Position numbers and translations under genes: made by a program
Source: Minisyncoccia bacterium
Lineage (GTDB): Bacteria; Patescibacteriota; Minisyncoccia; UBA6257; GWB1-50-10
Length of the DNA stretch: 64,000 nt
Direction of reading: 5' to 3'
NCBI GenBank assembly: GCA_049997815.1
Contig: JBEKVQ010000006.1
Coordinates: 2,613 to 66,612, forward strand
In this document: positions 27,830 to 36,993 of the stretch, one piece after another
Numbering within the stretch: position 1 is the stretch's first letter
How the letters are laid out: the number at the start of each line of letters is the position of its first letter
Notes under the pieces: model-generated
What the model saw: only the letters and a program-made list of their open reading frames with translations
Databases searched by the model: none
What the model was told of the DNA's origin: nothing

Positions 27830-30241
27830 ATGGCTTCCAGGAAGAAATCATTCGTTTTGTGGTTCAAGGAGCTCGGCATCAAGGATGTGCCGCTCGTGGG
27901 CGGGAAGAACGCCGCTTTAGGCGAGATGTACTCGCATCTCACACCTTTGGGTGTGAACGTGCCGAACGGTTTTGCGCTCACGGCCTATGCCTACAGATTC
28001 TTTTTGAAAAAGACGGGCTTGGATAAGAAAATCCAGGCGATTCTCAAAAATACGGATACGAAGAGTATAAAGAGCTTACAGAAAGCCGGAAAGGAGATCC
28101 GGGAGGCGATTGTGGCCGCCGAACTGCCGAAAGAGCTCACAAGAGCCATCCGCGAGGCCTATCGCAAGCTGGAGCGGGCTTACGGCAAGAATACAGACGT
28201 GGCGGTACGTTCTTCGGCCACGGCCGAGGATTTGCCGGGTGCTTCATTCGCCGGCCAGCAGGAAACATACTTGAATATCGTGGGAGTAGAGGCGGTGCTT
28301 ATTGCGACCAGAAAATGCATCGCGTCGCTCTTCACCGACCGCGCGATATCGTATCGGGTGGACAAGGGATTCTCGCATACCGACATTGCTCTTTCGGTAG
28401 GCGTCCAAAAAATGGTGCGCTCGGACGTTGCTTCAAGCGGCGTTATTTTCACGATAGATACCGAAAGCGGTTTCGACAAAGTTATCGTCGTCACGGCTTC
28501 GTGGGGCTTGGGCGAAATGGTGGTGCAGGGCAAGGTGACGCCGGACGAGTTCATGGTCTTTAAGCCGACGCTTGAGACCGGTCATCGCGCCATCATCGAA
28601 CAAAATCTCGGCGAGAAGAACATAAAACTAATTTATGCGAGAGAGGGGACGAAGAAGGTGAATGTTTCCAAAAGTAATCAGGATAAGTTTTGCCTCTCGG
28701 AAGACGAGGTTCTTACCCTCGCGAAGTGGTCATTGGAAATAGAAAAGTACTTCTCGAAGGTTCACAAACATTATCAGCCGATGGATATCGAGTGGGCGAA
28801 GGACGGCAAGACCAAGAAGCTCTATATCGTTCAGGCACGACCCGAAACGGTGGAAGCGCTAGTCGATAAGAGAATTTACAAGGAATATCATCTCCAAAAA
28901 CAAAGCAAGGTACTTATAAGCGGAATCGCGGTGGGTGCGAAGATAGGAGCGGGACCGGTGCGCGTCATTAAGGATGTTAGGAAGATAAAATCATTCAAGA
29001 AGGGCGAGGTGCTCGTGACCGAAATCACCGACCCGGATTGGGAGCCGATTATGAAGATTGCCTCGGCCATCATTACGGACAAGGGCGGGCGGACATCGCA
29101 CGCGGCGATTGTCAGCCGTGAGCTTGGGATTCCCTGCATCGTCGGCGCCGAAAAGGCCACCAAGGTTTTGAGAACCGGCCAGAAGGTGACCGTGGATTGC
29201 GCCTCAGGCGAGGTTGGCCACGTTTATGCCGGCATTCTTCCATTTGGCATCAAGGAACATCGTTTGGACAAGATGCCAAAGCCGAAGGTGAAAGTGATGG
29301 TGAATGTTGCATCGCCCGATGAGGCCTTCAAAAATCACTTCCTGCCGGCGCAGGGCGTGGGGCTCGGACGGTTGGAATTCATAATCGCTTCGCATATCAA
29401 AGTTCATCCGAATGCCTTGCTGGATTATCCGAAACTCGTTTCCGAAGCGAAAAAAAATCCAGCGATGAGGAAGACAATTGAAAAGATAGATATAATTACC
29501 CGCGGATACCGGAAGAAGACGGATTTCTATGTGGATGAGTTGGCCGAGGGAATCGCGAAGATCGGCGCGGCCTTTTGGCCGAACGAGGTAATCATCCGTT
29601 TTTCGGATTTCAAAACGAACGAATACCGGAAACTTTTGGGCGGAGAGCACTACGAGCCAGAGGAGGAAAACCCGATGTTGGGCTGGCGCGGGGCTTCGCG
29701 TTACTACGACCCGAAGTTCAAGGATGCCTTCGGACTGGAGGTGAAAGCCCTGAAGAAAGTCCGCGAGAGGATGGGATTAAAGAACGTCGTGCCGATGATT
29801 CCTTTTTGCCGAACGCCCGAGGAGGGCAGGAAGGTGGTGGAAATAATGGCCAGACACGGTCTGGACCGGAAGAAGGATAAAAAATTGAAGATATATGTGA
29901 TGTGCGAGATCCCATCCAATATTCTTCTGGCTGACGAATTCCTGGCGATTTTCGACGGCATGTCCATTGGTTCAAACGACCTGACCCAGCTTACGCTCGG
30001 TTTGGACAGGGACTCCGGCATCGTAACGCACATCGCGAACGAAAAAGACCCGTCGGTCAAAAAACTCATCGCCGAGATAATCAGGAAGTGCAACGCGAAA
30101 AAGAAATATATCGGCATTTGTGGCCAGGCGCCCTCCGACTATCCCGATTTCGCCGAATTCTTGGTAAAAGAAGGAATAAAAAGCATCTCCTTGAATCCGG
30201 ATTCCGTGATCAAGACGATTTTGAAATTAAGCCGGAAATAG
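27830..30241 (+). CDS. ppsA: Phosphoenolpyruvate synthase (pyruvate, water dikinase)
   Basis: N-term VLWFKELGIKDVPLVGGKNAALGEM. Phosphohistidine domain GGRTSHAAIVSRELGIPCIVG. 803 aa, PEP-utilising C-terminal domain. Confidence 0.85.
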   Translation: MASRKKSFVLWFKELGIKDVPLVGGKNAALGEMYSHLTPLGVNVPNGFALTAYAYRFFLKKTGLDKKIQAILKNTDTKSIKSLQKAGKEIREAIVAAELPKELTRAIREAYRKLERAYGKNTDVAVRSSATAEDLPGASFAGQQETYLNIVGVEAVLIATRKCIASLFTDRAISYRVDKGFSHTDIALSVGVQKMVRSDVASSGVIFTIDTESGFDKVIVVTASWGLGEMVVQGKVTPDEFMVFKPTLETGHRAIIEQNLGEKNIKLIYAREGTKKVNVSKSNQDKFCLSEDEVLTLAKWSLEIEKYFSKVHKHYQPMDIEWAKDGKTKKLYIVQARPETVEALVDKRIYKEYHLQKQSKVLISGIAVGAKIGAGPVRVIKDVRKIKSFKKGEVLVTEITDPDWEPIMKIASAIITDKGGRTSHAAIVSRELGIPCIVGAEKATKVLRTGQKVTVDCASGEVGHVYAGILPFGIKEHRLDKMPKPKVKVMVNVASPDEAFKNHFLPAQGVGLGRLEFIIASHIKVHPNALLDYPKLVSEAKKNPAMRKTIEKIDIITRGYRKKTDFYVDELAEGIAKIGAAFWPNEVIIRFSDFKTNEYRKLLGGEHYEPEEENPMLGWRGASRYYDPKFKDAFGLEVKALKKVRERMGLKNVVPMIPFCRTPEEGRKVVEIMARHGLDRKKDKKLKIYVMCEIPSNILLADEFLAIFDGMSIGSNDLTQLTLGLDRDSGIVTHIANEKDPSVKKLIAEIIRKCNAKKKYIGICGQAPSDYPDFAEFLVKEGIKSISLNPDSVIKTILKLSRK

Positions 30242-30255
30242 TTTAGATTCTTATT

Positions 30256-30702
30256 ATGGAATTACACAAAAAACTTTATCGTTCTCGGAGCGAACGGATG
30301 GTCTTCGGCCTCTGCGGCGGGTTAGGGCATTATTTTGATGTGGACCCGACGTTTATTCGCATCATTTTCGTGCTTCTTGCGATGCCGGGCGGAGCGGGAA
30401 TCCTGGTTTATCTCGTGGCGTCCTTTATAGTTCCCCTTGAGGCGGGCAGTGAAGAGATTCACCCTAAGGAGGAAGTGAGGGAATTCGCCCATAAATTCAA
30501 GCACGAAATACATCAAACGGCGGAAGAAATCAAGAAAGAAAGGCGCCACGGAGGTTTCCGGCCGGTCTTGGGCGCGATATTCGTCGCTGTCGGTTTCTTT
30601 CTTCTGTTTCGGGAGGTTTTCCCGTTCTATCATCTCGGAACCTTCTTGTGGCCGGTCTTGGTGATACTTTTGGGCATTTATCTTTTGACAAAACATAAGT
30701 AA
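30256..30702 (+). CDS. PspC-domain membrane protein
   Basis: LYRSRSERMVFGLCGGLGHYFDVDPTFIRIIFVLLAM is a PspC-domain signature. TM segments present. Confidence 0.6.
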   Translation: MELHKKLYRSRSERMVFGLCGGLGHYFDVDPTFIRIIFVLLAMPGGAGILVYLVASFIVPLEAGSEEIHPKEEVREFAHKFKHEIHQTAEEIKKERRHGGFRPVLGAIFVAVGFFLLFREVFPFYHLGTFLWPVLVILLGIYLLTKHK

Positions 30703-30719
30703 GGCGTAAACTCTTTGAC

Positions 30720-31196
30720 GTGAGAAGAAAAATTTCGCTGGCATTAATTGTTCTGGCTTCTCTAGCCGCCCTCGTCGCAATTTGGATTGGGATCCATTCG
30801 ATCGTTGATTGGGGCGAAAGTGTTTGGTCTTGCGAGAATGGAGCTTGGGTGAAACACGGTAATCCATCGGCGCCCAAGCCCGACTGGGAGTGCGGCGGCC
30901 ACGCGGCGGCTCTGCTTGAAAGCGGAATATCGTTCGGGAATTCGCGCTCCAATTTCAGTGAGACGGGAAATCTGATCGGCAAGAGCTTGGATTGTCTCTT
31001 CGTTTACGAAGATGCCGGCATGCCGGCCCTGACGGTTGGATTGACTCACTCATCGGCGTCCCGGTGCCTGATAAACGGCGTAGATGTGTCCTGTGTGGAC
31101 GGCAGGTGGAATATGGGGGACCGCGCCACCGTTGTCGGAGTATTGATCGGTAAGACGGTAAGCGTTTCCAAACTGGACATTTTGAGCGCGCGTTAG
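30720..31196 (+). CDS. Hypothetical membrane-anchored/secreted protein
   Basis: N-terminal hydrophobic anchor LALIVLASLAALVAIWIGI. Cys-containing extracytoplasmic part. Confidence 0.35.
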   Translation: MRRKISLALIVLASLAALVAIWIGIHSIVDWGESVWSCENGAWVKHGNPSAPKPDWECGGHAAALLESGISFGNSRSNFSETGNLIGKSLDCLFVYEDAGMPALTVGLTHSSASRCLINGVDVSCVDGRWNMGDRATVVGVLIGKTVSVSKLDILSAR

Positions 31197-31275
31197 AAAT
31201 CGGGTTAATCCGCACACTCGGCTGCGATGATTGCGTTCGGAGGTCGTATTGGCCCGTTTCGTATATAATAAAGAT

Positions 31276-32283
31276 ATGAAGATAGGATTTTTCAAACTGG
31301 ACGAGATGGAGGAAAAATATATTCGGGAACACCTCACGGGCCACGAATTGTATTTCAGCCCTGATAGGCTCTCGGAGGATTCCTTGCCGGAGCGAAATGA
31401 TTTCGAGATTATATCCGTTTTTGTGGATTCGGTGGTCACCGAAAAGGTTCTGGGTGCTTTTCCGAACCTGAAGATGGTTTCCACCAACTCCGTCGGCTTC
31501 GACCATATCGACGTCGTCGCCTGCAAAAAGCGGGGCATCGCGGTCGCTTACGTGCCGGGTTACGGTAACAATACCGTGGCCGAATTTGCCTTCGGACTCG
31601 TCTTGAATTTGACCCGCAAGATGTACCAGGCAATCGAGCAGGTGAAGAAAAGCCAGGCAATTTCCTTCGGCGGCCTTCGCGGCATCGATATTAAAGGCAG
31701 AACGATGGGGGTTATCGGAACGGGGAGAATCGGCAAGGAAACAGCGAAAATTTCAAAGGGATTCGGGATGAACGTGATAGCGTTCGATATTTTGGAGGAC
31801 ACCGCCGGGGCGAAAGAAATCGGCTTTACGTATGTCACACTTGAAGAACTATTGAAACAATCCGACGTTGTTTCCATCCACTGCCTCTTAACGGATGAAA
31901 CGCACCATCTGATAAACAAAAACAATATTGGGCTGATGAAGAAAGGGGCGTATCTCGTGAATACCGCCCGCGGGCCAATAGTGGAGACCGATGCTCTCAT
32001 TTGGGCGCTCAAGAACGGTATTCTCGCCGGCGTCGGGCTGGATGTATTGGAAGAGGAGAGGGAGATGAAGGAAGAAGGGCTCCGTGGCCAAAAACAATTG
32101 AATGATGAAGAGACGAGGGTGCTGGCCGAGAACCATGAATTGATACAGATGCCGAACGTTCTCGTCACCCCACACAATGCCTTCAATACGGAAGAGGCGC
32201 TCCAAAGGATAGTGGCAACGACGGTGGAAAGCATTACCGGGTTCGTAGCCAATAACCGGAATCCCAAGAATTTCGTGGTTTAG
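31276..32283 (+). CDS. D-isomer-specific 2-hydroxyacid dehydrogenase (glycerate/hydroxypyruvate/lactate dehydrogenase family), NAD-binding
   Basis: GVIGTGRIGKETAKI Rossmann motif. VNTARGPIVETDALIWALKNGILAGVGLDV and PNVLVTPHNAF motifs. Confidence 0.75.
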   Translation: MKIGFFKLDEMEEKYIREHLTGHELYFSPDRLSEDSLPERNDFEIISVFVDSVVTEKVLGAFPNLKMVSTNSVGFDHIDVVACKKRGIAVAYVPGYGNNTVAEFAFGLVLNLTRKMYQAIEQVKKSQAISFGGLRGIDIKGRTMGVIGTGRIGKETAKISKGFGMNVIAFDILEDTAGAKEIGFTYVTLEELLKQSDVVSIHCLLTDETHHLINKNNIGLMKKGAYLVNTARGPIVETDALIWALKNGILAGVGLDVLEEEREMKEEGLRGQKQLNDEETRVLAENHELIQMPNVLVTPHNAFNTEEALQRIVATTVESITGFVANNRNPKNFVV

Positions 32284-32285
32284 AA

Positions 32286-34029
32286 ATGAATTTGGAAACC
32301 AGAAACTGCCAAAATTGTAAGCAATCCTTCGTCATTGAACCGGAGGATTTTGCGTTTTATGAAAGGATGACTGTTCCGCCTCCGACTTTTTGTTGGGAGT
32401 GCCGGATGCAACGGCGTTTTGTTTGGAGAAACGAACGCACATTGTACAAGAGAAAGTGTGATTCTTGCGGAAGGAGTTCACTCTCCATGCATCATCCCAA
32501 AGTCCCCATTGTCGCTTACTGCCAGGAGTGTTGGCTTTCCGACAAGTGGGATGCGTTATCTTTTGGGGTAGAGTATGATTTTTCAAGGAGTTTTTTCGAA
32601 CAAATTCGGGATTTGTTGCTGAGAGTCCCCCGAAGGATGCTTTTTGTCGTAAATTCCAAAAACTCGCCCTTCACAAATTACACCAGAAATGCAAAGAATG
32701 TCTACCTCTCCGTTTCAGCTTTGGAGTCAGAAAATATTTTCTTTTCGAAGAACACGCTGAGAACATTCTGGGCCTGCGATTGTTTTGACATAAATGATTC
32801 CGAAAACTGTTACAGTGCTATAAAGGGTGATAAAAATTACAATTCGAAGTTTTTATTCGAGAGCCGTAATTGCATTGACTGTGCTTTCCTTTATGACTGC
32901 GTGAATTGTAGGGGTTGTATACTTTCCTCGAATTTAAGGAATAAAGAATTCTACGTAAGAAATCGACCGTGCACCAAGGAAGAGTATCAAAAAGTACTTA
33001 CCTCACTTAACCTTGGAAGTGCCTTGTCTACTAAAAGTGCTGAATTGGAACTGGAGAGAATTAAGCAAGCCGCTCTCCATAAATATGCCCAACTGGTCAA
33101 TGCTCCGAATTGTTCGGGTGACAACATAGCTGATTCTAAGAACTGTCACTATTGTTTCGACGGCAGGAATGATGAAAATTTGAAGTTTGGTTTTAGAGAC
33201 CCAGGTGTCAAGGATTCTATGGATGTAGTGAATGGTGGCCCACAGGCAGAACTTTTTTATGAATTTATCGGTGGGGGAGGGATGAACAGTAGGTCCTTAA
33301 TGTTTACTGTTAATGCTGACGTCGGTCTTGATGATATTCGTTATACGGAATATTGCTCTAAATCCTCCCACCTCTTCGCCTGCATCGGCCTCCGTTCCAA
33401 GCAATACTGCATCCTAAACAAGCAATATTCGAAGGATGAGTACGAATCCCTGGTCCCCAAGATCATTGCCCACATGAACACTCAGCCCTACATAGACCAG
33501 AAGGGCAGGATATATAGATACGGCGAGTTCTTCCCCCCGGAGCTCTCTCCCTTCGCCTACAACGAAACCATCGCCCAGGAGTACTTCCCCCTGACCAAAG
33601 GAGAAGCAGAGAAACAGGGCTATAGATGGAAAGACCCCGATACCCAAGGAATACGTGATAACCATCCTCCCAACCAAGCTTCCTGACCATGTGAAGGACG
33701 TAAAGGACGACATCCTATCCCAGACCATAGGGTGTGTCCACGAAGGCAAGTGCACCCACCAATGCACCACCGCTTTCAGAATCATCCCCGAAGAACTCTC
33801 CTTCTACCGAAGGATGAACCTCCCTTTACCCCGACTCTGCCCTAACTGCCGGCACTACGAACGCCTAGCTCAGAGAAATCCTTTGAAGCTGTGGCATAGG
33901 CAATGTATGTGCGATAAGACCACCCATACCCATAAGGGCCACTGTCTGAACGAATTCGAGACGAGTTACAGCCCAGAGCGGAAAGAAATCGTGTATTGCG
34001 AATCCTGTTATAATTCAGAGGTAGTATGA
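32286..34029 (+). pseudogene. Cys-rich zinc-ribbon repeat protein, family copy 9. It is disrupted by a +1 frameshift in a CCC run (33643-33645) and split into ORFs 32286-33686 and 33655-34029.
   Basis: The two ORFs together reconstitute a full-length family member (...GYRWKDPDT | KEYVITILPTKLPDHVKDVKDD...). The break coincides with a homopolymer. Confidence 0.6.
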
Positions 34030-35225
34030 AGATAAAAAGCATTGAAATAAAAGAAATATTGGATTCGCGGGGTGAGCCGACGATAGAGGTGAACGTAACC
34101 GGCGAAAACAACGAGAGCACTTCCGCTCAAATCCCTTCCGGGAAGAGCCGGGGGAAGAACGAAGCGGCGGTACTGAAACCGGCGGAAGCGGGGCATGTTT
34201 TGGAAAAGACGATAAAACCGAACATCGCCGACCGGAACTTCGAATCCATCGGTGAACTGGATGCGTTTCTGATAGCTCTGGACGGCACCGACAACAAAGA
34301 AAGATTGGGCGGGAACCTTATTTTGGGCATCTCGATCGCTTTTGCGCGCCTTATGGCCAAACAGCAGGAAAAAGAGCTGTGGCAGGTTTTGAACGAAGAA
34401 TTCTTTGAGGGTAAAAAATATTACGAGAAGCCCCTGATATTCTCCAACCTCATAAACGGCGGAGCGCACGCCAAGAACAACCTGGATATCCAGGAATATA
34501 TGGTCGTGGTGAGGCCGTACCCGTCGTATAAAATGGCCATCAGAGAGCTTGAGGATTTTTACGCTAAGCTCGGAGATTTTCTGAAAGAGAAGTTCAAGCT
34601 GGAAAAATTGGCGTTGGGCGACGAGGGCGGATATTCACTGAAATTTTCCAATAATTTCGAACCGATAGAAGTGCTTTCGGAGATGATAGAAAAATTCGAC
34701 ATTACGAAGATATTCTCGATCGCGCTGGACTGCGCCGCGAACGGTTTTTACAAGGATGGACTGTACAGCTTCGGCAAGCAGAAGTTGAATTTCATGGAGA
34801 TGGCCGAAATATATCGGGTTTATTTTCAAACCGTTCCGCTCCTGGTGTCCATAGAAGACCCGTTTGCCGAGGATGACCACGCTGGTTTCAAAAGATTGCA
34901 TTCTTTGTACAAAAACAAGCTGGTGGTGGGGGACGATTTGGCGGTAACGAACCCCCTCGTGATCGAAGAGGCCGTGAAGGAGAAATTGATGAGCGGGGTG
35001 ATAATCAAGCCGAATCAGGTTGGCACCGTGACCGAAACCTGCGAAGCGATGAAGATAGCTCACGTGAACGGTTTAAAGACCATCGTCTCCCACCGCTCGG
35101 GGGAGGAGAATGACCCGTTCATAATTCACTTCGCCAAAGCCGGCGGAGCTTATGGCGTAAAGATCGGCGCGCCGGTCCCGAGCCGGATATCAAAATATAT
35201 CGAACTGGAAAGGCTCTATGGCTAG
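34026..35225 (+). CDS. eno: Enolase (phosphopyruvate hydratase), divergent and short (399 aa)
   Basis: N-term IKEILDSRGEPTIEVNV...PSGKSRGKNEA. C-term SHRSGEENDPFIIHFAKAGGAYGVKIGAP...SKYIELERL. ATGA overlap with the copy 9 stop. Confidence 0.75.
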   Translation: MKIKSIEIKEILDSRGEPTIEVNVTGENNESTSAQIPSGKSRGKNEAAVLKPAEAGHVLEKTIKPNIADRNFESIGELDAFLIALDGTDNKERLGGNLILGISIAFARLMAKQQEKELWQVLNEEFFEGKKYYEKPLIFSNLINGGAHAKNNLDIQEYMVVVRPYPSYKMAIRELEDFYAKLGDFLKEKFKLEKLALGDEGGYSLKFSNNFEPIEVLSEMIEKFDITKIFSIALDCAANGFYKDGLYSFGKQKLNFMEMAEIYRVYFQTVPLLVSIEDPFAEDDHAGFKRLHSLYKNKLVVGDDLAVTNPLVIEEAVKEKLMSGVIIKPNQVGTVTETCEAMKIAHVNGLKTIVSHRSGEENDPFIIHFAKAGGAYGVKIGAPVPSRISKYIELERLYG

Positions 35226-36993
35226 CGAAACCCGTGAGTGCCAAAATTGCAATCGATCCTTCGTCATTGAACCGGAGGATTTCAGTTTCTACGAGCGGAT
35301 AAAAGTTCCACCACCGACGTGGTGTCCGGAATGCAGGATGATAAGAAGAATGACCTGGCGGAACGAAAGGAATCTTTACAGAATCGCCTGCGGTCTTTGC
35401 GGGAAAAGCATAATCTCGCTCTACCCACCCGAGAGCGGCGTCAAAGTTTATTGCAGTCAATGCTGGTTTTCGGACAAATGGGATGCATCGAATATTAATT
35501 TAGATTACGATTTTTCCCGGCCGTTCTTTTCCCAGTGGCACGATTTGTTCATGAAAGCGCCCCTAATCGCCATATGGTCGATAAGAGGCAACGTCAACTC
35601 GGAATACTGCAGTTATGCCGCGGATAACAAGAATTGTTATCTGTCATCCTCGGTTCTTTGGAGCGAAAACGTGTCTTACTCTTATTCGGTCGACAGGGAC
35701 AGGGATTGCATTGATTGTGCTTTCCTCAATGATTCTGAGCTTTGCTACGAGAATCTGAACGGCGCGAATAACTACAGGTCCGTTTTTCTCATTCAATCAA
35801 GGAATTGCCTGGATTCCTCATTCCTTTTCGACTGCGTCAATTGCCAGAATTGTTTCTTGAGCTGGAATTTGAGGAACAAAAGATTCGTTTTTAGGAATCA
35901 GCAGCTTGATGAAGCATCGTATAAAGAAAAATTGAAGGAGTTTGAGATGGGAAGCTCGGCAAATTTAGTGAGATTATTTGATGAATTCACTAAGATTTCG
36001 AAAGAAAAAGCCCTGCATCGTTACGCCAATATAATAAAGTCCCAAAAAGCGACGGGGGATAACATAGAAAATTCCAAGAACGTTAAGGAAGTTTTTGAGG
36101 CTTATGAAGATGAAAACGCATTTTACGGCGTAAGGGTATTTAAGGACAAGGATGTTGTGGATGCGATTGGCGTCGTCGGATCGGAGCTCGGCTACGAGTT
36201 GATCGCCCCGGGTTTGGCGAGCTATATGAGCCTGTTCGTAATGTTAAACGATTCCTGCCGCGAAGTGTCTTTTACGAATTACTGCTTCAATTGTTCCAAC
36301 TGTTTTGCTTGTATCGGTCTCAAGAACAAGCAATACTGCATCCTGAATAAGCAATACACCAAGGAAGAGTACGAATCACTGGTTCCCCGTATCATTGCCC
36401 ACATGAACGACATGCCCTACATAGACAAGAAGGGCAGGGTCTACCGATACGGTGAGTTCTTCCCCCCGGAATTATCTCCCTTCGCCTACAACGAAACCAT
36501 CGCCCAGGAGTACTTTCCCCTCACGAAAGGAGAGGCCATAGAGAAGGGCTACCGCTGGAAGGAGCCGGAAGAGAAAAAATATGAGATTACCATCCTTAAT
36601 GACCGGATCCCCGATAATATAAAGGACGTTCGCGACGATATCGTGAATGAGGTCATAGAATGCGCCCATAAGGGAGAATGCAATGAGCACTGCACTCAGG
36701 CCTTCAAGATGACGCCACCCGAAGTTCAATTCTATAAACGGATGAATCTTCCGTTGCCCCGGTTATGTCCAAATTGCCGGCATTACCAGCGTTTGAGGAG
36801 AAGAAATCCTTTAAGGCTTTGGCACCGGAAATGCGCCTGCGCCGGCGCAAAATCCAATAATGGTTCATATATGAACACCATTTCCCACCAGCACGGAGCG
36901 GGGAAGTGCCCGAACGAGTTCGAAACCTCCTACGCTCCGGAGCGGAAAGAGATAGTGTATTGCGAAAGTTGCTACAACACCGAAGTCGTATGA
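35218..36993 (+). CDS. Cys-rich zinc-ribbon repeat protein, family copy 10 (591 aa)
   Basis: N-term MASETRECQNCNRSFVIEPEDFSFYERIKVPPPTWCPECR. C-term NEFETSYAPERKEIVYCESCYNTEVV. Overlaps the eno stop by 8 nt. Confidence 0.7.
   Translation: MASETRECQNCNRSFVIEPEDFSFYERIKVPPPTWCPECRMIRRMTWRNERNLYRIACGLCGKSIISLYPPESGVKVYCSQCWFSDKWDASNINLDYDFSRPFFSQWHDLFMKAPLIAIWSIRGNVNSEYCSYAADNKNCYLSSSVLWSENVSYSYSVDRDRDCIDCAFLNDSELCYENLNGANNYRSVFLIQSRNCLDSSFLFDCVNCQNCFLSWNLRNKRFVFRNQQLDEASYKEKLKEFEMGSSANLVRLFDEFTKISKEKALHRYANIIKSQKATGDNIENSKNVKEVFEAYEDENAFYGVRVFKDKDVVDAIGVVGSELGYELIAPGLASYMSLFVMLNDSCREVSFTNYCFNCSNCFACIGLKNKQYCILNKQYTKEEYESLVPRIIAHMNDMPYIDKKGRVYRYGEFFPPELSPFAYNETIAQEYFPLTKGEAIEKGYRWKEPEEKKYEITILNDRIPDNIKDVRDDIVNEVIECAHKGECNEHCTQAFKMTPPEVQFYKRMNLPLPRLCPNCRHYQRLRRRNPLRLWHRKCACAGAKSNNGSYMNTISHQHGAGKCPNEFETSYAPERKEIVYCESCYNTEVV

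Noticed and set aside
36906-36989. Long N-terminal extension of family copy 11 (start 36906)
   Set aside because: It overlaps copy 10. The conserved family N-terminus MNSETKTCKNC begins at the ATGA junction (36990), as in all other tandem copies.
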